DNA of 64,000 nucleotides from Oscillospiraceae bacterium (GTDB taxonomy: Bacteria; Bacillota; Clostridia; Oscillospirales; CAG-272), in the NCBI GenBank assembly GCA_015063905.1, contig SVTF01000006.1, positions 5,120 to 69,119 of the forward strand, in the 5' to 3' direction. The first letter of the stretch is position 1, and each line of letters starts with the position of its first letter. The position numbers and the translations under genes are program-made. Positions 45,601 to 56,854 of this stretch are shown here, piece after piece. Under the pieces are notes generated by a model. That model saw nothing but the letters and a program-made list of their open reading frames with translations. It was not told the origin of the DNA and did not search any database.

Positions 45601-46044
45601 ATGAAAGTATTACTTTTAGCAGATGTTAAGGGTCAGGGTAAAAAGGATCAGATAATTGAGGTATCTGACGGATACGCAAGAAATTTTCTCTTTCCTAAAA
45701 AGCTGGCGGTAGTAGCCGATAACAAGGCAATGTCCGAAGCGAAAAGCAAGGAAGAGGCAAAGCAATACAAGCTGGCAGAGGAAAAAAAGGCAGCAAAGGC
45801 ACTTGCCGACAAAATCAGCGCTTTGACGGTAACTGTAACGGCATCCTCCGGCGCTGACGGACGTCTTTACGGCTCTGTGACCGCCAAGGATATAGCGGAA
45901 AAGCTTGCGTCTCAGCATAAGATCGAAATCGACAAGAGAAAATTGGTCCTCAAGGATAATATCAAGACTTACGGCACGTTTGAGATAGACGTAAAGGTAT
46001 ATCCCGAGATAAGCGCCAAGCTCAAAGTCAAAGTTACAGAGTAA
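45601..46044 (+). CDS. rplI: 50S ribosomal protein L9
   Basis: [15 protein letters not shown]...[10 protein letters not shown]; RLYGSVT. Confidence 0.97.
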   Translation: MKVLLLADVKGQGKKDQIIEVSDGYARNFLFPKKLAVVADNKAMSEAKSKEEAKQYKLAEEKKAAKALADKISALTVTVTASSGADGRLYGSVTAKDIAEKLASQHKIEIDKRKLVLKDNIKTYGTFEIDVKVYPEISAKLKVKVTE

Positions 46045-46163
46045 CAGATCTATACACCCAAGTATGAACTCATGCTTTTTTGCGCATGAGCGGCGCGCCT
46101 AAAAGCTGTTATCTTTCGTAACACCCGCGCGCATTTCATCAACACGATTAACAGGAGATTAAT

Positions 46164-47522
46164 ATGGCAGAAGACATCATCAGAAAATTGCCTTTTTCCG
46201 CTATTGCGGAGCAATCCTTGCTCGGCTCTATTCTCATCGATCCGCAGTCAATAACCCAGGTTGCGGATATGATCGCGTCCGAGGACTTTTATCTTGAGGA
46301 GCATAAACAGATATACCTTGCTATGCACGGTCTGTTTATGACGAACAGCCAGATAGATATCGTTACGCTTATAGACGAATTGGTCAAAAAAGGCATATAT
46401 TCCAAATCGGGCGGAGAGGAATACATTAAAATAATAGCCCAAACCGTACCCAATGCGCTCAACGTACGCGATTATGCCAAGATCGTCAAGGACAAGAGCG
46501 TACTCCGTCAGCTCATTAGAATGAGTGACGAGATATCCGATATGGCTTACTCCGAGCAGGATGAGGTCTCGGGAATTCTTGAAACGGCACAGAACAGATT
46601 ATATGCCATCGCGCAAGGCAAGGAATCCAAGAGCTTTAGACATATACGTGAGGTAATCACAGATGTTTACGCGCATCTTAATCAGCTCGTTACAGATCCC
46701 TCGTCGGCGCAGGGAACGTCCACCGGATTTTCTTCTCTTGACCGCGTGCTCGCGGGAATGGGAAATTCCGATCTTGTTATCGTCGGCGCGCGCCCCGGTA
46801 TGGGTAAGACGTCATTCTGTCTTAACATAGGCACAAACGTTGCAAAGGCAACCAAAAAAGCGGTTGCTATATTCTCCTTGGAGATGTCGGCAGAGCAGCT
46901 TGTAAACCGCGTGATATCGAGCGAGGCGTTAATAGACAGCTATGCGCTGCGCACGGGTGAGTTAAAGCCCGAGCAATGGGATCATATCGCGCAGGCTTCG
47001 TCCGCTCTTTCGGGCTGCGATATACTGATCGACGACACTCCCGGAATCACGGTTTCCGCAATGAAGGCAAAGCTACGCCGCGTAAACAATCTCGGCCTTG
47101 TTATTATCGACTATCTGCAGCTTATGCAGTCGGATAAAAGAATAGAAAACAGAACCCAAGAGGTCAGCGAAATGTCACGAGCGCTAAAGATCATGGCAAA
47201 GGAGCTTAACGTTCCCGTCATCTGCTGCTCGCAGCTTTCGCGTACCACAGAGGGTCGTACCAACAAGCGTCCTATGCCCTCCGATCTTCGCGAGTCGGGT
47301 TCCATAGAGCAGGACGCAGACGTTATTATCTTCCTTTACCGCGACGAGGTATATCAGCAGAATCAGAACGGCGAGCCTGTTCCCTCCGACACGGAACAAA
47401 ACATAGCGGAGATAATTATCGCCAAAAACCGTCACGGCGCAACCGATACCGTAAAGGTTGGCTGGACGGGTCGCTACACGCGCTTCCGCGATATTGTTGA
47501 TGAAAGTAAGCTTCCTCAGTAA
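46164..47522 (+). CDS. dnaB: Replicative DNA helicase
   Basis: GARPGMGKT, FSLEMS, IDYLQLM, SQLSR, DLRESGSIEQDAD, AKNRHG; no intein. Confidence 0.97.
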   Translation: MAEDIIRKLPFSAIAEQSLLGSILIDPQSITQVADMIASEDFYLEEHKQIYLAMHGLFMTNSQIDIVTLIDELVKKGIYSKSGGEEYIKIIAQTVPNALNVRDYAKIVKDKSVLRQLIRMSDEISDMAYSEQDEVSGILETAQNRLYAIAQGKESKSFRHIREVITDVYAHLNQLVTDPSSAQGTSTGFSSLDRVLAGMGNSDLVIVGARPGMGKTSFCLNIGTNVAKATKKAVAIFSLEMSAEQLVNRVISSEALIDSYALRTGELKPEQWDHIAQASSALSGCDILIDDTPGITVSAMKAKLRRVNNLGLVIIDYLQLMQSDKRIENRTQEVSEMSRALKIMAKELNVPVICCSQLSRTTEGRTNKRPMPSDLRESGSIEQDADVIIFLYRDEVYQQNQNGEPVPSDTEQNIAEIIIAKNRHGATDTVKVGWTGRYTRFRDIVDESKLPQ

Positions 47523-47539
47523 TTATTCGGAGACTTCAA

Positions 47540-48955
47540 ATGTCCAACAACGTTAATTTTTTCGTAGAGCCGCACGCGCTTGCAAACATGAACGGCTCCG
47601 AGCCCATTCTGGTTGCCCTTTCGGGCGGCGCGGACTCCTCCTGCCTTTTGCATCTGCTTTCCGCTTATTCAAAAAAAGCGGGATGCAAGCTTTACGCGGC
47701 TCACGTAAATCACAATATACGCACGCAGTCATATTCCAACGAGGCTTACCGAGATGAGCAATTTTGCCGCGATCTGTGTAAGGATCTCGGAGTAGAGATT
47801 TTCCTGCAAAGCATAGATGTACCATCTCTCGCTCGCGAATCGGGGCAAAGCCTCGAGACTGCCGCAAGAGAGGCAAGGTATGCCTTCTTTGCCGAAGTCA
47901 TGCAAAAAAACGGAATACGCATCTTGGCAACTGCTCATAATGCCGACGACAACCTTGAAACGCTTATATTCAATCTTTGCCGCGGCTGTTCGGTAGAAGG
48001 GCTGTGCGGTATTCCGCGCCAAAGACCCTTTCCGGAGGTCGACGGTGCCGTGATAGTACGGCCCATAATCGACGCAACAAAATCGGAAATACTTGATATG
48101 TGTGCCGCCAATAACATTCCTTACGTAACCGACAGCACCAATTTTGAGACCGACTGTACTCGCAATCGCATACGCCACAACGTAATTCCCGAGCTCGTTT
48201 CGCTTTTCGACACTCCGCAAAGGGCGGCAATGCGTCTGTCCCACAACGCTGCCGATGCTTCCGCGTTCATCCGCGAGCATGCGGACAGCTTTATCAGAGC
48301 TTATGGCGAGATCTTACCGCGGGACGCTCTTTGCAACGCTCACCCGGCGGTTGCGGGAAGAGTTTTATCCATCCTTTTCAAAACAAGGTTCGGGTGTTCT
48401 CTTGAATCAACACATATTGATGCAATAATCAATATCGCGCGTTTGGGCAGAGAGGGGGCTTCTGTATCGCTTCCCTGCGCATCCCGCGCCACAGTAAAAC
48501 GAGGAAATATAGTTTTTGAAACCGATTCGCGCGCGCATAATTTTGATAATGAACAATATGATGTTGCGCTTCATGAAGGTATAAACGCACTTGAGCCTTC
48601 CCCGTTTGCCATCGTGATTTCCAAAGACGAAAGCTCGCCCGCAGCTCAGCTTGAAACGCAATACACTCTTTATGCCACCGCTTGCATTTATTCAGAGCAA
48701 CAAGAGCTTAAAGCAAGAAACAGGCGCGAGGGTGACGTCATTCTTGACGGTGGAATACACAAAAAGATCAAAAAACTCATGTGTGACAAAAAGGTCGACT
48801 TATACGACAGAGCCTCCCTTCCTCTCGTGTGTTTTGGCAGTGACGTAATATACGTGCCACTGTGCGCCATCGCCGACAACGCAAAAAAAGACAAAAATAA
48901 GCCAAAAATTCAAATTTACATTTATAAAAAAATCAACGGAGACACAAAGCCATGA
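47540..48955 (+). CDS. tilS: tRNA(Ile)-lysidine synthetase
   Basis: ALSGGADS, HVNH, ETAAREARY, TAHNADDNLET, RNRIRH. Confidence 0.95.
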   Translation: MSNNVNFFVEPHALANMNGSEPILVALSGGADSSCLLHLLSAYSKKAGCKLYAAHVNHNIRTQSYSNEAYRDEQFCRDLCKDLGVEIFLQSIDVPSLARESGQSLETAAREARYAFFAEVMQKNGIRILATAHNADDNLETLIFNLCRGCSVEGLCGIPRQRPFPEVDGAVIVRPIIDATKSEILDMCAANNIPYVTDSTNFETDCTRNRIRHNVIPELVSLFDTPQRAAMRLSHNAADASAFIREHADSFIRAYGEILPRDALCNAHPAVAGRVLSILFKTRFGCSLESTHIDAIINIARLGREGASVSLPCASRATVKRGNIVFETDSRAHNFDNEQYDVALHEGINALEPSPFAIVISKDESSPAAQLETQYTLYATACIYSEQQELKARNRREGDVILDGGIHKKIKKLMCDKKVDLYDRASLPLVCFGSDVIYVPLCAIADNAKKDKNKPKIQIYIYKKINGDTKP

Positions 48956-49497
48956 CACAAAACGTAGAAAAAGTACTTATTTCACAAGAGGAGCTTGCAA
49001 AAATCACCGAAAAGCTTGGAAAACAGATCACCGAGGACTATAAGGACTCAAAAAAGCCTATAATATGTATTGTGATACTAAAAGGCTCTTTGCTCTTTGC
49101 GGCAGATCTTATAAGACACATCGATCTTCCCTTGGAGCTGGAATTTATGAAGGTATCGTCCTATGGCGCTGGTACTAAAAATTCCGGTGAAATAAAGATC
49201 CATCTCGACCTTATGCGCGAGCATCTTGAAAAGTATAATCTCATAATAATTGAGGACATCGTTGACAGCGGACGCACTCTCGCGCGCCTCACACAGCTCC
49301 TCAAAAACAGAAATGCAAACAGTGTCAAAACGTGTACTCTGCTTGACAAGCCTTCTCGCCGCGAGGTGGATTTTGTTCCCGATTATTGCGGACGGACTAT
49401 CCCGGACGAGTTCGTCATCGGATACGGCTTGGATTATGATGAAAAATACAGAAATCTTCCCTACGTAGGCGTTCTCAAGCCCGAGGTATATTCGTAA
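48952..49497 (+). CDS. hpt: Hypoxanthine phosphoribosyltransferase
   Basis: ILKGS, IIEDIVDSGRTL, FVIGYGLDY...RNLPY. Confidence 0.96.
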   Translation: MTQNVEKVLISQEELAKITEKLGKQITEDYKDSKKPIICIVILKGSLLFAADLIRHIDLPLELEFMKVSSYGAGTKNSGEIKIHLDLMREHLEKYNLIIIEDIVDSGRTLARLTQLLKNRNANSVKTCTLLDKPSRREVDFVPDYCGRTIPDEFVIGYGLDYDEKYRNLPYVGVLKPEVYS

Positions 49498-49620
49498 AAA
49501 TCACAAAATACTGTCTTTTTGCTCACAGTATCTTAACATAAGGCATATATAATTACGCTATGATATTGCGGCCATCTTTGTGTTGGCAGCGTTTATCGTA
49601 CACTTATTTTGGAGGACTCA

Positions 49621-51699
49621 ATGAAGAAGAAAAACGGAAAACATATATTATTCTATCTGGTTCTGATAGTTGGAGTTGTGCTTATATGCGCATTGCTTTT
49701 TCAGCAGGACACCGAAAATATGAAGTACTCCGACGTGGTTTCCGCGTTTAAAAACGGAGACGTTGTCGAGTTCCAGATAGACAAGAATAATCTGCTCACC
49801 TTAGAGCTCCGCGAGGGCTCCGCGTCCGCGGAAAAGTGGGGAGTTAAAAATTCACAGACCGGCAAATACGTTGCGGAATACCGCCTTGCAAGTCTTTCTA
49901 TCTTTCACGCCGATCTCGGCGACGATATCGAAGACCAGATAGCCGCCGGAACACTTAAGGGCGAATACGTAGCTCCTACGCAGTATCCCGCATGGGTATC
50001 TTATATTCCGATCCTTCTCGTTGTGGTCGGAATGATAATTCTCTACGTTGTGATGACACGCCAGATGACTGGTAGTGGCGGCGGTGGAATGGGCAAAATG
50101 GCCAATTTCAGCAAGGCGCGCGCAAAAATGGCAGATTCCAACGACAAAAACAAGGTCACCTTCCGCGACGTTGCGGGTGCTGACGAGGAAAAGCAGGAGC
50201 TTGAGGAGGTCGTTGAATTCCTCAAGGCACCTCAGAAATTTGCCAAGCTTGGCGCGAAAATACCCCACGGCGTTTTGCTGATGGGCCCTCCCGGAACAGG
50301 TAAGACTCTGCTTGCAAAGGCAGTTGCCGGAGAGGCGGGCGTTCCCTTCTTCTCTATTTCGGGCTCGGACTTTGTTGAAATGTACGTCGGTGTGGGCGCA
50401 TCGCGTGTGCGCGACTTGTTCGATACGGCAAGAAAAGCCCCCGCGTCCATCGTATTCATCGACGAGATAGACGCAGTCGGTCGTCACAGAGGCGCGGGTC
50501 TTGGTGGCGGACACGATGAAAGAGAGCAGACGCTCAACCAGCTTCTTGTTGAAATGGACGGATTTGGCTCTCACGACGGAATAATTGTTATAGCCGCGAC
50601 CAACCGCCCCGATATTCTCGACCCCGCGCTGCTGCGTCCCGGTCGATTTGACAGACAAATAACCGTAAACTACCCCGATATTAACGGACGAATCGAAATA
50701 CTCAAGGTACACTCTCGCAACAAGCCTCTTGAATCAGAGGTAGACTTCCGCGAGGTCGCAAAGATGACCGTTGGCTTTACCGGCGCAGATCTTGCGAATC
50801 TTCTCAACGAGGCCGCATTGCTTGCCACAAGGCGCAACAAGAGCCTTATCGGAATGGAGGATATCTCGGATGCCTTTATCCGCATCATAGCAGGACCCAA
50901 GAAAAAGGCGAGAGCAATGAAGGAATCCGAAAAGAAGAAGACCGCTTACCATGAGGCGGGTCATGCAATGATAGCTTATCACCTTGACCTTGACCCTGTT
51001 CAGCAGATCTCCATAATTCCTTCGGGACGCGCGCTGGGCTATACGCTCAATCCTCCTAAGGAAGATAAGTACAGCGAGTACAAGAGCGAGCTTGTAAAGG
51101 AAATATCCATGCTTCTCGGTGGACGTGCCGCGGAGGAGATAATATACAAGGACGTCACGGGCGGCGCCTCCAACGATATCGAGCGCGCTACCAAGATAGC
51201 AAAGCGAATGATAACAAGGCTTGGTATGTCCGACGTGCTTGGCCCCCGTTGCTTTGGTACAGACCAGAACGAGGTGTTCTTGGGACGTGATTTCTCGTCC
51301 TCGCAGGACTACTCCGAGGAGATCGCAGCAAAGATCGACCAGGAAATGCACGATATCATTCAGGGCGCATATCAGAAGGCAAAGGATATCCTCATTGGCG
51401 ACATCCAGAAGCTTCACTTTATCGCCGAGTTCCTGCTCCGTAACGAGATAATGGACGGAGATCAGTTCCGTGCCGTTATGGAGAGCGAATGTCCCGTAAT
51501 AGAGGAGATCGAGGCCATCGCCGAGGCAAAAAAGCAAAAGAGCCTTGAAGCCAACAAGGCCCGCGCAGACGCCGAGGAAAAGGCTCGCCGCGAGGCTCAG
51601 GAAAAAATCCGCACAGCCGCGCAAAACAATAGTGACAATCTCCAAGATCTTAAGGTCGAGGAACCTGAAAATAAGGATCAGGCCGAAAATAATCAATAA
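49621..51699 (+). CDS. ftsH: ATP-dependent zinc metalloprotease FtsH
   Basis: [42 protein letters not shown]; GGAGG RBS before ATG 49621. Confidence 0.98.
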   Translation: MKKKNGKHILFYLVLIVGVVLICALLFQQDTENMKYSDVVSAFKNGDVVEFQIDKNNLLTLELREGSASAEKWGVKNSQTGKYVAEYRLASLSIFHADLGDDIEDQIAAGTLKGEYVAPTQYPAWVSYIPILLVVVGMIILYVVMTRQMTGSGGGGMGKMANFSKARAKMADSNDKNKVTFRDVAGADEEKQELEEVVEFLKAPQKFAKLGAKIPHGVLLMGPPGTGKTLLAKAVAGEAGVPFFSISGSDFVEMYVGVGASRVRDLFDTARKAPASIVFIDEIDAVGRHRGAGLGGGHDEREQTLNQLLVEMDGFGSHDGIIVIAATNRPDILDPALLRPGRFDRQITVNYPDINGRIEILKVHSRNKPLESEVDFREVAKMTVGFTGADLANLLNEAALLATRRNKSLIGMEDISDAFIRIIAGPKKKARAMKESEKKKTAYHEAGHAMIAYHLDLDPVQQISIIPSGRALGYTLNPPKEDKYSEYKSELVKEISMLLGGRAAEEIIYKDVTGGASNDIERATKIAKRMITRLGMSDVLGPRCFGTDQNEVFLGRDFSSSQDYSEEIAAKIDQEMHDIIQGAYQKAKDILIGDIQKLHFIAEFLLRNEIMDGDQFRAVMESECPVIEEIEAIAEAKKQKSLEANKARADAEEKARREAQEKIRTAAQNNSDNLQDLKVEEPENKDQAENNQ

Positions 51700-51701
51700 A
51701 C

Positions 51702-51749
51702 AAAAAACAAAAGGTGCAGGGGTATAATCCCTGCACCTTTTGTTTTTTT
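51702..51749. terminator. Bidirectional terminator
   Basis: AAAAAACAAAAGGTGCAGGG...CCCTGCACCTTTTGTTTTTT. Confidence 0.85.
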
Positions 51750-51759
51750 ATATTCTGTT

Positions 51760-52485
51760 TTATTTTTCAAGATATTCCTCAAGCGTTATTCCCTGCTCAT
51801 GAATCTTCGTCGCGTGCTCAACGCCCACGTAGCGATAGTGCCACGACTCGTATGCATATCCCGTTATATCGGTCTTGTTTTCGGGAAAACGGAGAATAAA
51901 GCCGTATTCGTGGGCATGCTTTTGCAACCACTCAAACGCATTCGTCTCGGCAAAGCCTTTATCATAAGGATTCTTTGGAGTTTCGCTTCCGTAATTCCAA
52001 AGGCCTTCCATTTCGTCGGTGAACAAATCCACGCAAAGTCCCGTTTGATGCTCGCTCGTTCCGGGGTAAGCGGAATAGGTCAGCACCTTATTCTTTATCT
52101 CTTCATCCGACCAATCGGGATGATTTTCCTTTTCCTCCGCGCAATACTTATCAAAAAGCTTCTTTTGATATTCGTAGGTCCTATAAGCGCTGGTTACCGA
52201 TACGTTATCTATTCCCGCTTTTTTCATGGCATCTATAAGCTCTATTACCGCTTGTGCTACCGTGGCGTTAAGCTGTATGGATTTTCCACCCGTCGTATAG
52301 CTTGTATTCACCTCTGTAAGGTCGTCGGGCACGTAATCCGCACCCGCGGGATTGGACTTATTTACCAAAATCAAGTAAGGTCCCTCCTTTGAAATGTTAT
52401 TATTCGACGCGTCGCAGGAAACAAGCATCAACACGCCTCCAAGCATAGCAAGCGCAAGCACAAAGCAAATAAATCTATTCTTCAT
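51760..52485 (-). CDS. M15B (VanY/LdcB-like) carboxypeptidase, lipoprotein
   Basis: Lipobox LVSC; SAYR, SEHQTGLCVD (SxHxxGxxxD), YESWHYRYVG. Confidence 0.9.
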   Translation of the reverse strand: MKNRFICFVLALAMLGGVLMLVSCDASNNNISKEGPYLILVNKSNPAGADYVPDDLTEVNTSYTTGGKSIQLNATVAQAVIELIDAMKKAGIDNVSVTSAYRTYEYQKKLFDKYCAEEKENHPDWSDEEIKNKVLTYSAYPGTSEHQTGLCVDLFTDEMEGLWNYGSETPKNPYDKGFAETNAFEWLQKHAHEYGFILRFPENKTDITGYAYESWHYRYVGVEHATKIHEQGITLEEYLEK

Positions 52486-52500
52486 TATTTCTCCTAAAAT

Positions 52501-53061
52501 TCAAGCTTTTTTCTTTGTTTCTATCATGAAAAAGTATGGCGAGGTGGCACTGTTTACTATCTTAACCTTAGTAACGCACACCTTGAAGCGACTCAAGGTT
52601 TCAAAATATTCCTCAAGCATCTTGCCCTCAAGGTCTCCCTCGGGATGACCCGGATACACCGCGATGTTAAGTATCGCATCCTGATCGAGAAGCTCTATTG
52701 CCGCCTCCACAGCGGGCATAGTGGTCTCTCTCATAGTGGTTATGGTCTTATTTCCGCCGGGCAACCAGCCGAGATTGAACATTCCCGCCTTTATGGGCTC
52801 TTTGACGTAATTTTTCACGTTATGATGCGAATCGCAAATAAGCGTATAGTTCTCGGGACAGCCTGCCGCCTTGAGATTTTTCGCGGTGGAATCGACCGCC
52901 GACCTCTGAATATCAAATGCGTAAACATGTCCGCTCTCGCCCACGGTCTTGGACAAAAACTCGGTATCGTGTCCGTTGCCCATAGTGAAATCCACTACAA
53001 CGTCGCCCTCTTTTATATGTGTCAGTATAAATTGTTTGTGTAAATCAAGCAAGTCTATCAT
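52501..53061 (-). CDS. mnmM: SAM-dependent methyltransferase, MnmM/YtqB-like (tRNA mnm5s2U34)
   Basis: VDFTMGNGHDT, FDIQ, FNLGWLPGG, YPGH. Confidence 0.75.
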   Translation of the reverse strand: MIDLLDLHKQFILTHIKEGDVVVDFTMGNGHDTEFLSKTVGESGHVYAFDIQRSAVDSTAKNLKAAGCPENYTLICDSHHNVKNYVKEPIKAGMFNLGWLPGGNKTITTMRETTMPAVEAAIELLDQDAILNIAVYPGHPEGDLEGKMLEEYFETLSRFKVCVTKVKIVNSATSPYFFMIETKKKA

Positions 53062-53062
53062 A

Positions 53063-53770
53063 TTATTTTATATTCTTGTGTATATCCGATCTCAAAAATT
53101 TCATGGAGCGCTCCACTGCGTCCTTTGAATCATACCAAGGCTCCTCGTCGTATCGGTAATCAAACTTTTTGCAGAACCACGACACGTCGCCGTTCAATTT
53201 TTCAATATACTCGTTCTGTATCTCCTCACACTGCGCGACAAACTCCTTAAGCTGCTTTTTAGGCAGTCTGGTTTGCGCATACTGAAGCATCTTTTTGTAG
53301 TGAGGAAGGCAAAAATAGGGCTGCGCTTTCAGCTTTGCAATAAAATCCTCGTCGCTCTGCCAGAGCAAAACCGCGGTTTCTATCATATGAGCAAAGTTAA
53401 ATTCGATGCGCCCGCACACGTAACACGAGCCTTCGAGCTCGCCTATGCGTTTAATTGGCTTAGATCCCGTTCCGCCGCCAAGTCCGCCATCCTTCAGCTC
53501 TTTTTTCAGCTCATCAAGATGACTCTCCAAGGTTAGTGCCATTCCAAGACGGTTCTTGCGCACGAACATCATATCATAATGTGTTCGGCAAAATCCAAGC
53601 TTATTGGTCTTTATTCTAATATCCGGCTCCATCATGGACGCTCCCAATATTAAGTCAAGCTCGTCACATTCAAGCTTGTTATACAGCGAACAAAACGCGC
53701 AGCCACAGCTCTTATCCGCGGCGCTCCTCTCAAACGCTTCATTTACGGGTATTGTATATATCTGTTCCAT
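53063..53770 (-). CDS. Conserved clostridial hypothetical protein (DUF6062-like, duplicated CxxC...FCxxH motifs)
   Basis: MEQIYTIPVNEAF, CAFC...GFCRTH, CYVC...FCLPH; GGAGG RBS. Confidence 0.7.
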   Translation of the reverse strand: MEQIYTIPVNEAFERSAADKSCGCAFCSLYNKLECDELDLILGASMMEPDIRIKTNKLGFCRTHYDMMFVRKNRLGMALTLESHLDELKKELKDGGLGGGTGSKPIKRIGELEGSCYVCGRIEFNFAHMIETAVLLWQSDEDFIAKLKAQPYFCLPHYKKMLQYAQTRLPKKQLKEFVAQCEEIQNEYIEKLNGDVSWFCKKFDYRYDEEPWYDSKDAVERSMKFLRSDIHKNIK

Positions 53771-53920
53771 GAAATTCCTCCGCAAATATTCGACCCAAAG
53801 TTTTATTATACGCCTTGCAAAAAAGGACAAGCAGTGATATAATAATAGTGTTAACAATCTATTTTAACACATTTTTTTGCTCTTTTCAAGTGCATTTTAC
53901 AAATACGGAGATAGTTTTTT

Positions 53921-54868
53921 ATGTCTTGCTCAACCCTACTCGCGACACAACTCAAAATAAACGCTCTTAACGTTGTCCGGCTCGACGGTGTCGAGCTTTT
54001 TGACGTTTGCCGCGTATTTGACTGCGGTCAGTGCTTCCGTTTCGACCCCGTTTCAAACTCAAGTCATAATGTAGAGTATGCAGGTTGCGCATACGGAAAA
54101 TACATATCCATAGCGCAGGACAAGAACACCGTTTACATCTACAACTCAACCGTTGAAGATTTTGAGCGGCTCTGGATGAGATTTCTTTCTCTTGACCGCG
54201 ATTATGCCGAGATAAATACCAATATCCTTTCCCTCTCGCAAAATCCCGCGCTTGCCGATGCCGTTTCATCTGCCTCGGGAATTCGAATTCTTAAGCAGGA
54301 TGAGTGGGAGAGCATTTGCTCGTTTATCATATCCCAGAACAACAATATTCCAAGAATAAAAAAGCTGGTGGCAGCTCTTTGCCAAGCCTGCGGCAGCAAG
54401 ATCGACGTTTCTCTTATGCAGGGACACATTGCCGACGCGCATATGAATGACGAGATGTGCGTATACTCATTCCCTTCTCCCGACAGTGTAGCAGCATTGG
54501 GCCTCGACGGTCTTTCGGCGCTTAAAGTCGGGTTCCGCGCAAAATACATACTCGATGCCGCGGCAAAAATGTCACACGGAGATATCGATACGCGGCTTCT
54601 CTCCTCGCACGAATCCACTGAAGAATGCGTAAAGCTTTTATGCTCTGTCAAGGGTATAGGACCAAAGGTTGCGTCCTGTGCTTTGCTGTTTGGCTTTGCC
54701 CGACTTGACGCATTTCCCGTTGACGTGTGGATAAAAAAAGTTGTGGAAAAGTATTTCGACGAGGATTTTGACCCTCGCGACCTTGGAAAATACGCCGGGA
54801 TCGCTCAGCAATACTTATTTTATTACGAAAGATATATTCAGTCCAAAAGCGAGGTGAACCAAGCGTGA
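53921..54868 (+). CDS. ogg: 8-oxoguanine DNA glycosylase / HhH-GPD family
   Basis: FDCGQCFRF, GIRILKQD, FIISQNNNIPRI, KGIGPKVA, FPVDVW, AGIAQQYLF. Confidence 0.88.
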   Translation: MSCSTLLATQLKINALNVVRLDGVELFDVCRVFDCGQCFRFDPVSNSSHNVEYAGCAYGKYISIAQDKNTVYIYNSTVEDFERLWMRFLSLDRDYAEINTNILSLSQNPALADAVSSASGIRILKQDEWESICSFIISQNNNIPRIKKLVAALCQACGSKIDVSLMQGHIADAHMNDEMCVYSFPSPDSVAALGLDGLSALKVGFRAKYILDAAAKMSHGDIDTRLLSSHESTEECVKLLCSVKGIGPKVASCALLFGFARLDAFPVDVWIKKVVEKYFDEDFDPRDLGKYAGIAQQYLFYYERYIQSKSEVNQA

Positions 54869-55362
54869 CCATACAGGAACAGATCTCTTATCTACACACA
54901 AAGTTCCCTTTGTTTGACAGAATGGTAATACACGATACCGACAACCGCGGTAATGATTTTTGCGAAACGATCATGCCCAACAAAAGCAACCCAAACACTC
55001 CCCTGACCGTTTGCGTTACCGATAGGGGTTGCTCTATCTCGGTCGGTCAGTTTGATAACGTGACAGGATCATCATCTATGACCGTGGAGCAAGCCTGCTC
55101 CGCAATACGTGACATACTCGACGACAAGATCCTTTTCGTTATCGGCTATCGCGGAGGAGATGACACCGGATTTGGTACACCGTTTTTTTCCAGAGTTTTT
55201 GCGCTCACGGGCAAAAATGACGATATGAGCGAGGATTATGAGCGCTTTCTCAAAAGGATCTCCTCCCCGCTTGGTAAATTTGCAAGAGTGTTTTCTCCTA
55301 TGAAGGGCAGATTTGTTATCTTCAACTTCAGCGGTACAGTAAATAAAGAGATACTAAGATAA
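54865..55362 (+). CDS. Hypothetical protein
   Basis: 165-aa ORF, GTG start overlapping the ogg stop, GAGGTG RBS; no family recognised. Confidence 0.6.
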   Translation: MTIQEQISYLHTKFPLFDRMVIHDTDNRGNDFCETIMPNKSNPNTPLTVCVTDRGCSISVGQFDNVTGSSSMTVEQACSAIRDILDDKILFVIGYRGGDDTGFGTPFFSRVFALTGKNDDMSEDYERFLKRISSPLGKFARVFSPMKGRFVIFNFSGTVNKEILR

Positions 55363-55373
55363 CGGAGTTAATA

Positions 55374-56777
55374 ATGTCTACACAAGCCATATCAAAGGCG
55401 CAGCACCGACACACCAAGGATATGACCGTGGGAAACCCCTATTCCCAAATGATCTCCTTTGCGCTTCCCGTGCTGCTAAGTCAACTGTTTCAGCAATTAT
55501 ACAATACCGCCGACGCGCTTATTGTCGGCAATTTCCTCAGTACAAACGCGCTTGCCGCGGTCAGCTCATCGGGAACGCTCATTTTCTTGTTTATCAGCTT
55601 TTTTACAGGCACGGCAATGGGCGCGGGAGTTGTTATTTCAAGGTATTTCGGCGCGGGCGATCCCGATAAAGTATCAAGAGCAATACACACAAATATAGCA
55701 TTCGGTCTTGTCAGCGGAATAATTCTGACAGTGGTGGGTGTGATTTTCACGCCGACTCTGCTTGTCTGGATGAACACTGACCCCGAGGTGCTTCCCGAAG
55801 CCATTGAATATTTCAGGTTTTTCTTCTCAGGCATTCTTGCTTTGGTTATGTATAACATATTCCGCGGAATTCTCAATGCGCTGGGCGACAGCAAAAGGCC
55901 CCTTTATTACCTTATTTTCTCATCCATTTTGAATGTTGTCCTTGATCTCTTGTTCGTAGGCGTATTCGGTTGGGGCGTGTGGAGCGCCGCGGTAGCCACG
56001 ATCATCTCGCAGGTCGCAAGTTGCGTGCTGTGCCTGATCCATCTTTGCAAAAAAGGTAATATTTTTACGGTGGAGCTTAAAAAAATACGGTTCCACATAG
56101 ATATGCTAAAGGAGATCATCCGATTTGGACTGCCAAGCGGCGTGCAAAATTCGGTAATCGCCTTGGCAAACGTTATCGTTCAGGCGCAGATAAATTCTTT
56201 CGGCAAATTTGCCACCGCCGCATATGGAACTCACGCGAAAATTGAAGGCTTTGGCTTTTTGCCCATAACCAGCTTCAATATGGCGACCACCACGTTTATC
56301 AGCCAGAATCTTGGCGCAAAGCAGTATGACCGCGCGCGCAAGGGCGCGAGATTCGGTATTATTACAGCCGTCCTATGTGCCGAAGTGATAGGAATACTTA
56401 CCTATATATTTGCCCCATATCTTATCGCTCTGTTCGATAGCTCTCCGCAAGTTATTGCTCTTGGCGTGCAGCAGGCAAGAACTGTAACTCTCTTTTATTT
56501 CTTGCTTGCTCTGTCACATGCCATCGCCGCGGTGTGTCGCGGAGCGGGAAAAGCGTTTGTCCCAATGTTTGTTATGCTGTCCGTCTGGTGCGTCATTCGT
56601 ATAGCATATATCGCGATAATCATGAACTTTATCGGAGAGATACAGTACATATATTGGGCATACCCAATAACATGGGCTATAAGCTCAGTCATCTACCTTA
56701 TTTATTATAAGTTCTCCGATTGGATACACGGATTTGACAAAAAGTCTTCCGTATCCTTATCCAAGACACAAGCATAA
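55374..56777 (+). CDS. MATE family efflux transporter
   Basis: FQQLYNTADALIVG, GDSKRPL, NVVLD, ATIISQ, SQNLGAK. Confidence 0.93.
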   Translation: MSTQAISKAQHRHTKDMTVGNPYSQMISFALPVLLSQLFQQLYNTADALIVGNFLSTNALAAVSSSGTLIFLFISFFTGTAMGAGVVISRYFGAGDPDKVSRAIHTNIAFGLVSGIILTVVGVIFTPTLLVWMNTDPEVLPEAIEYFRFFFSGILALVMYNIFRGILNALGDSKRPLYYLIFSSILNVVLDLLFVGVFGWGVWSAAVATIISQVASCVLCLIHLCKKGNIFTVELKKIRFHIDMLKEIIRFGLPSGVQNSVIALANVIVQAQINSFGKFATAAYGTHAKIEGFGFLPITSFNMATTTFISQNLGAKQYDRARKGARFGIITAVLCAEVIGILTYIFAPYLIALFDSSPQVIALGVQQARTVTLFYFLLALSHAIAAVCRGAGKAFVPMFVMLSVWCVIRIAYIAIIMNFIGEIQYIYWAYPITWAISSVIYLIYYKFSDWIHGFDKKSSVSLSKTQA

Positions 56778-56842
56778 CAAAAAAGCTGCCATTGGCAGCT
56801 TTTTTGTCATAAAGGGAAGGCTTGTTACAAGCCTTCCCTTTT
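56778..56842. terminator. Two adjacent terminator hairpins between convergent genes
   Basis: AAAAAAGCTGCC...GGCAGCTTTTTT and AAAGGGAAGGCTTG...CAAGCCTTCCCTTT. Confidence 0.75.
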
Positions 56843-56854
56843 GCTTGATCGAAT

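Noticed and set aside
51760-52485. Vancomycin resistance (vanY)
   Set aside because: A lone M15B lipoprotein without vanHAX/vanRS; most likely a housekeeping carboxypeptidase.
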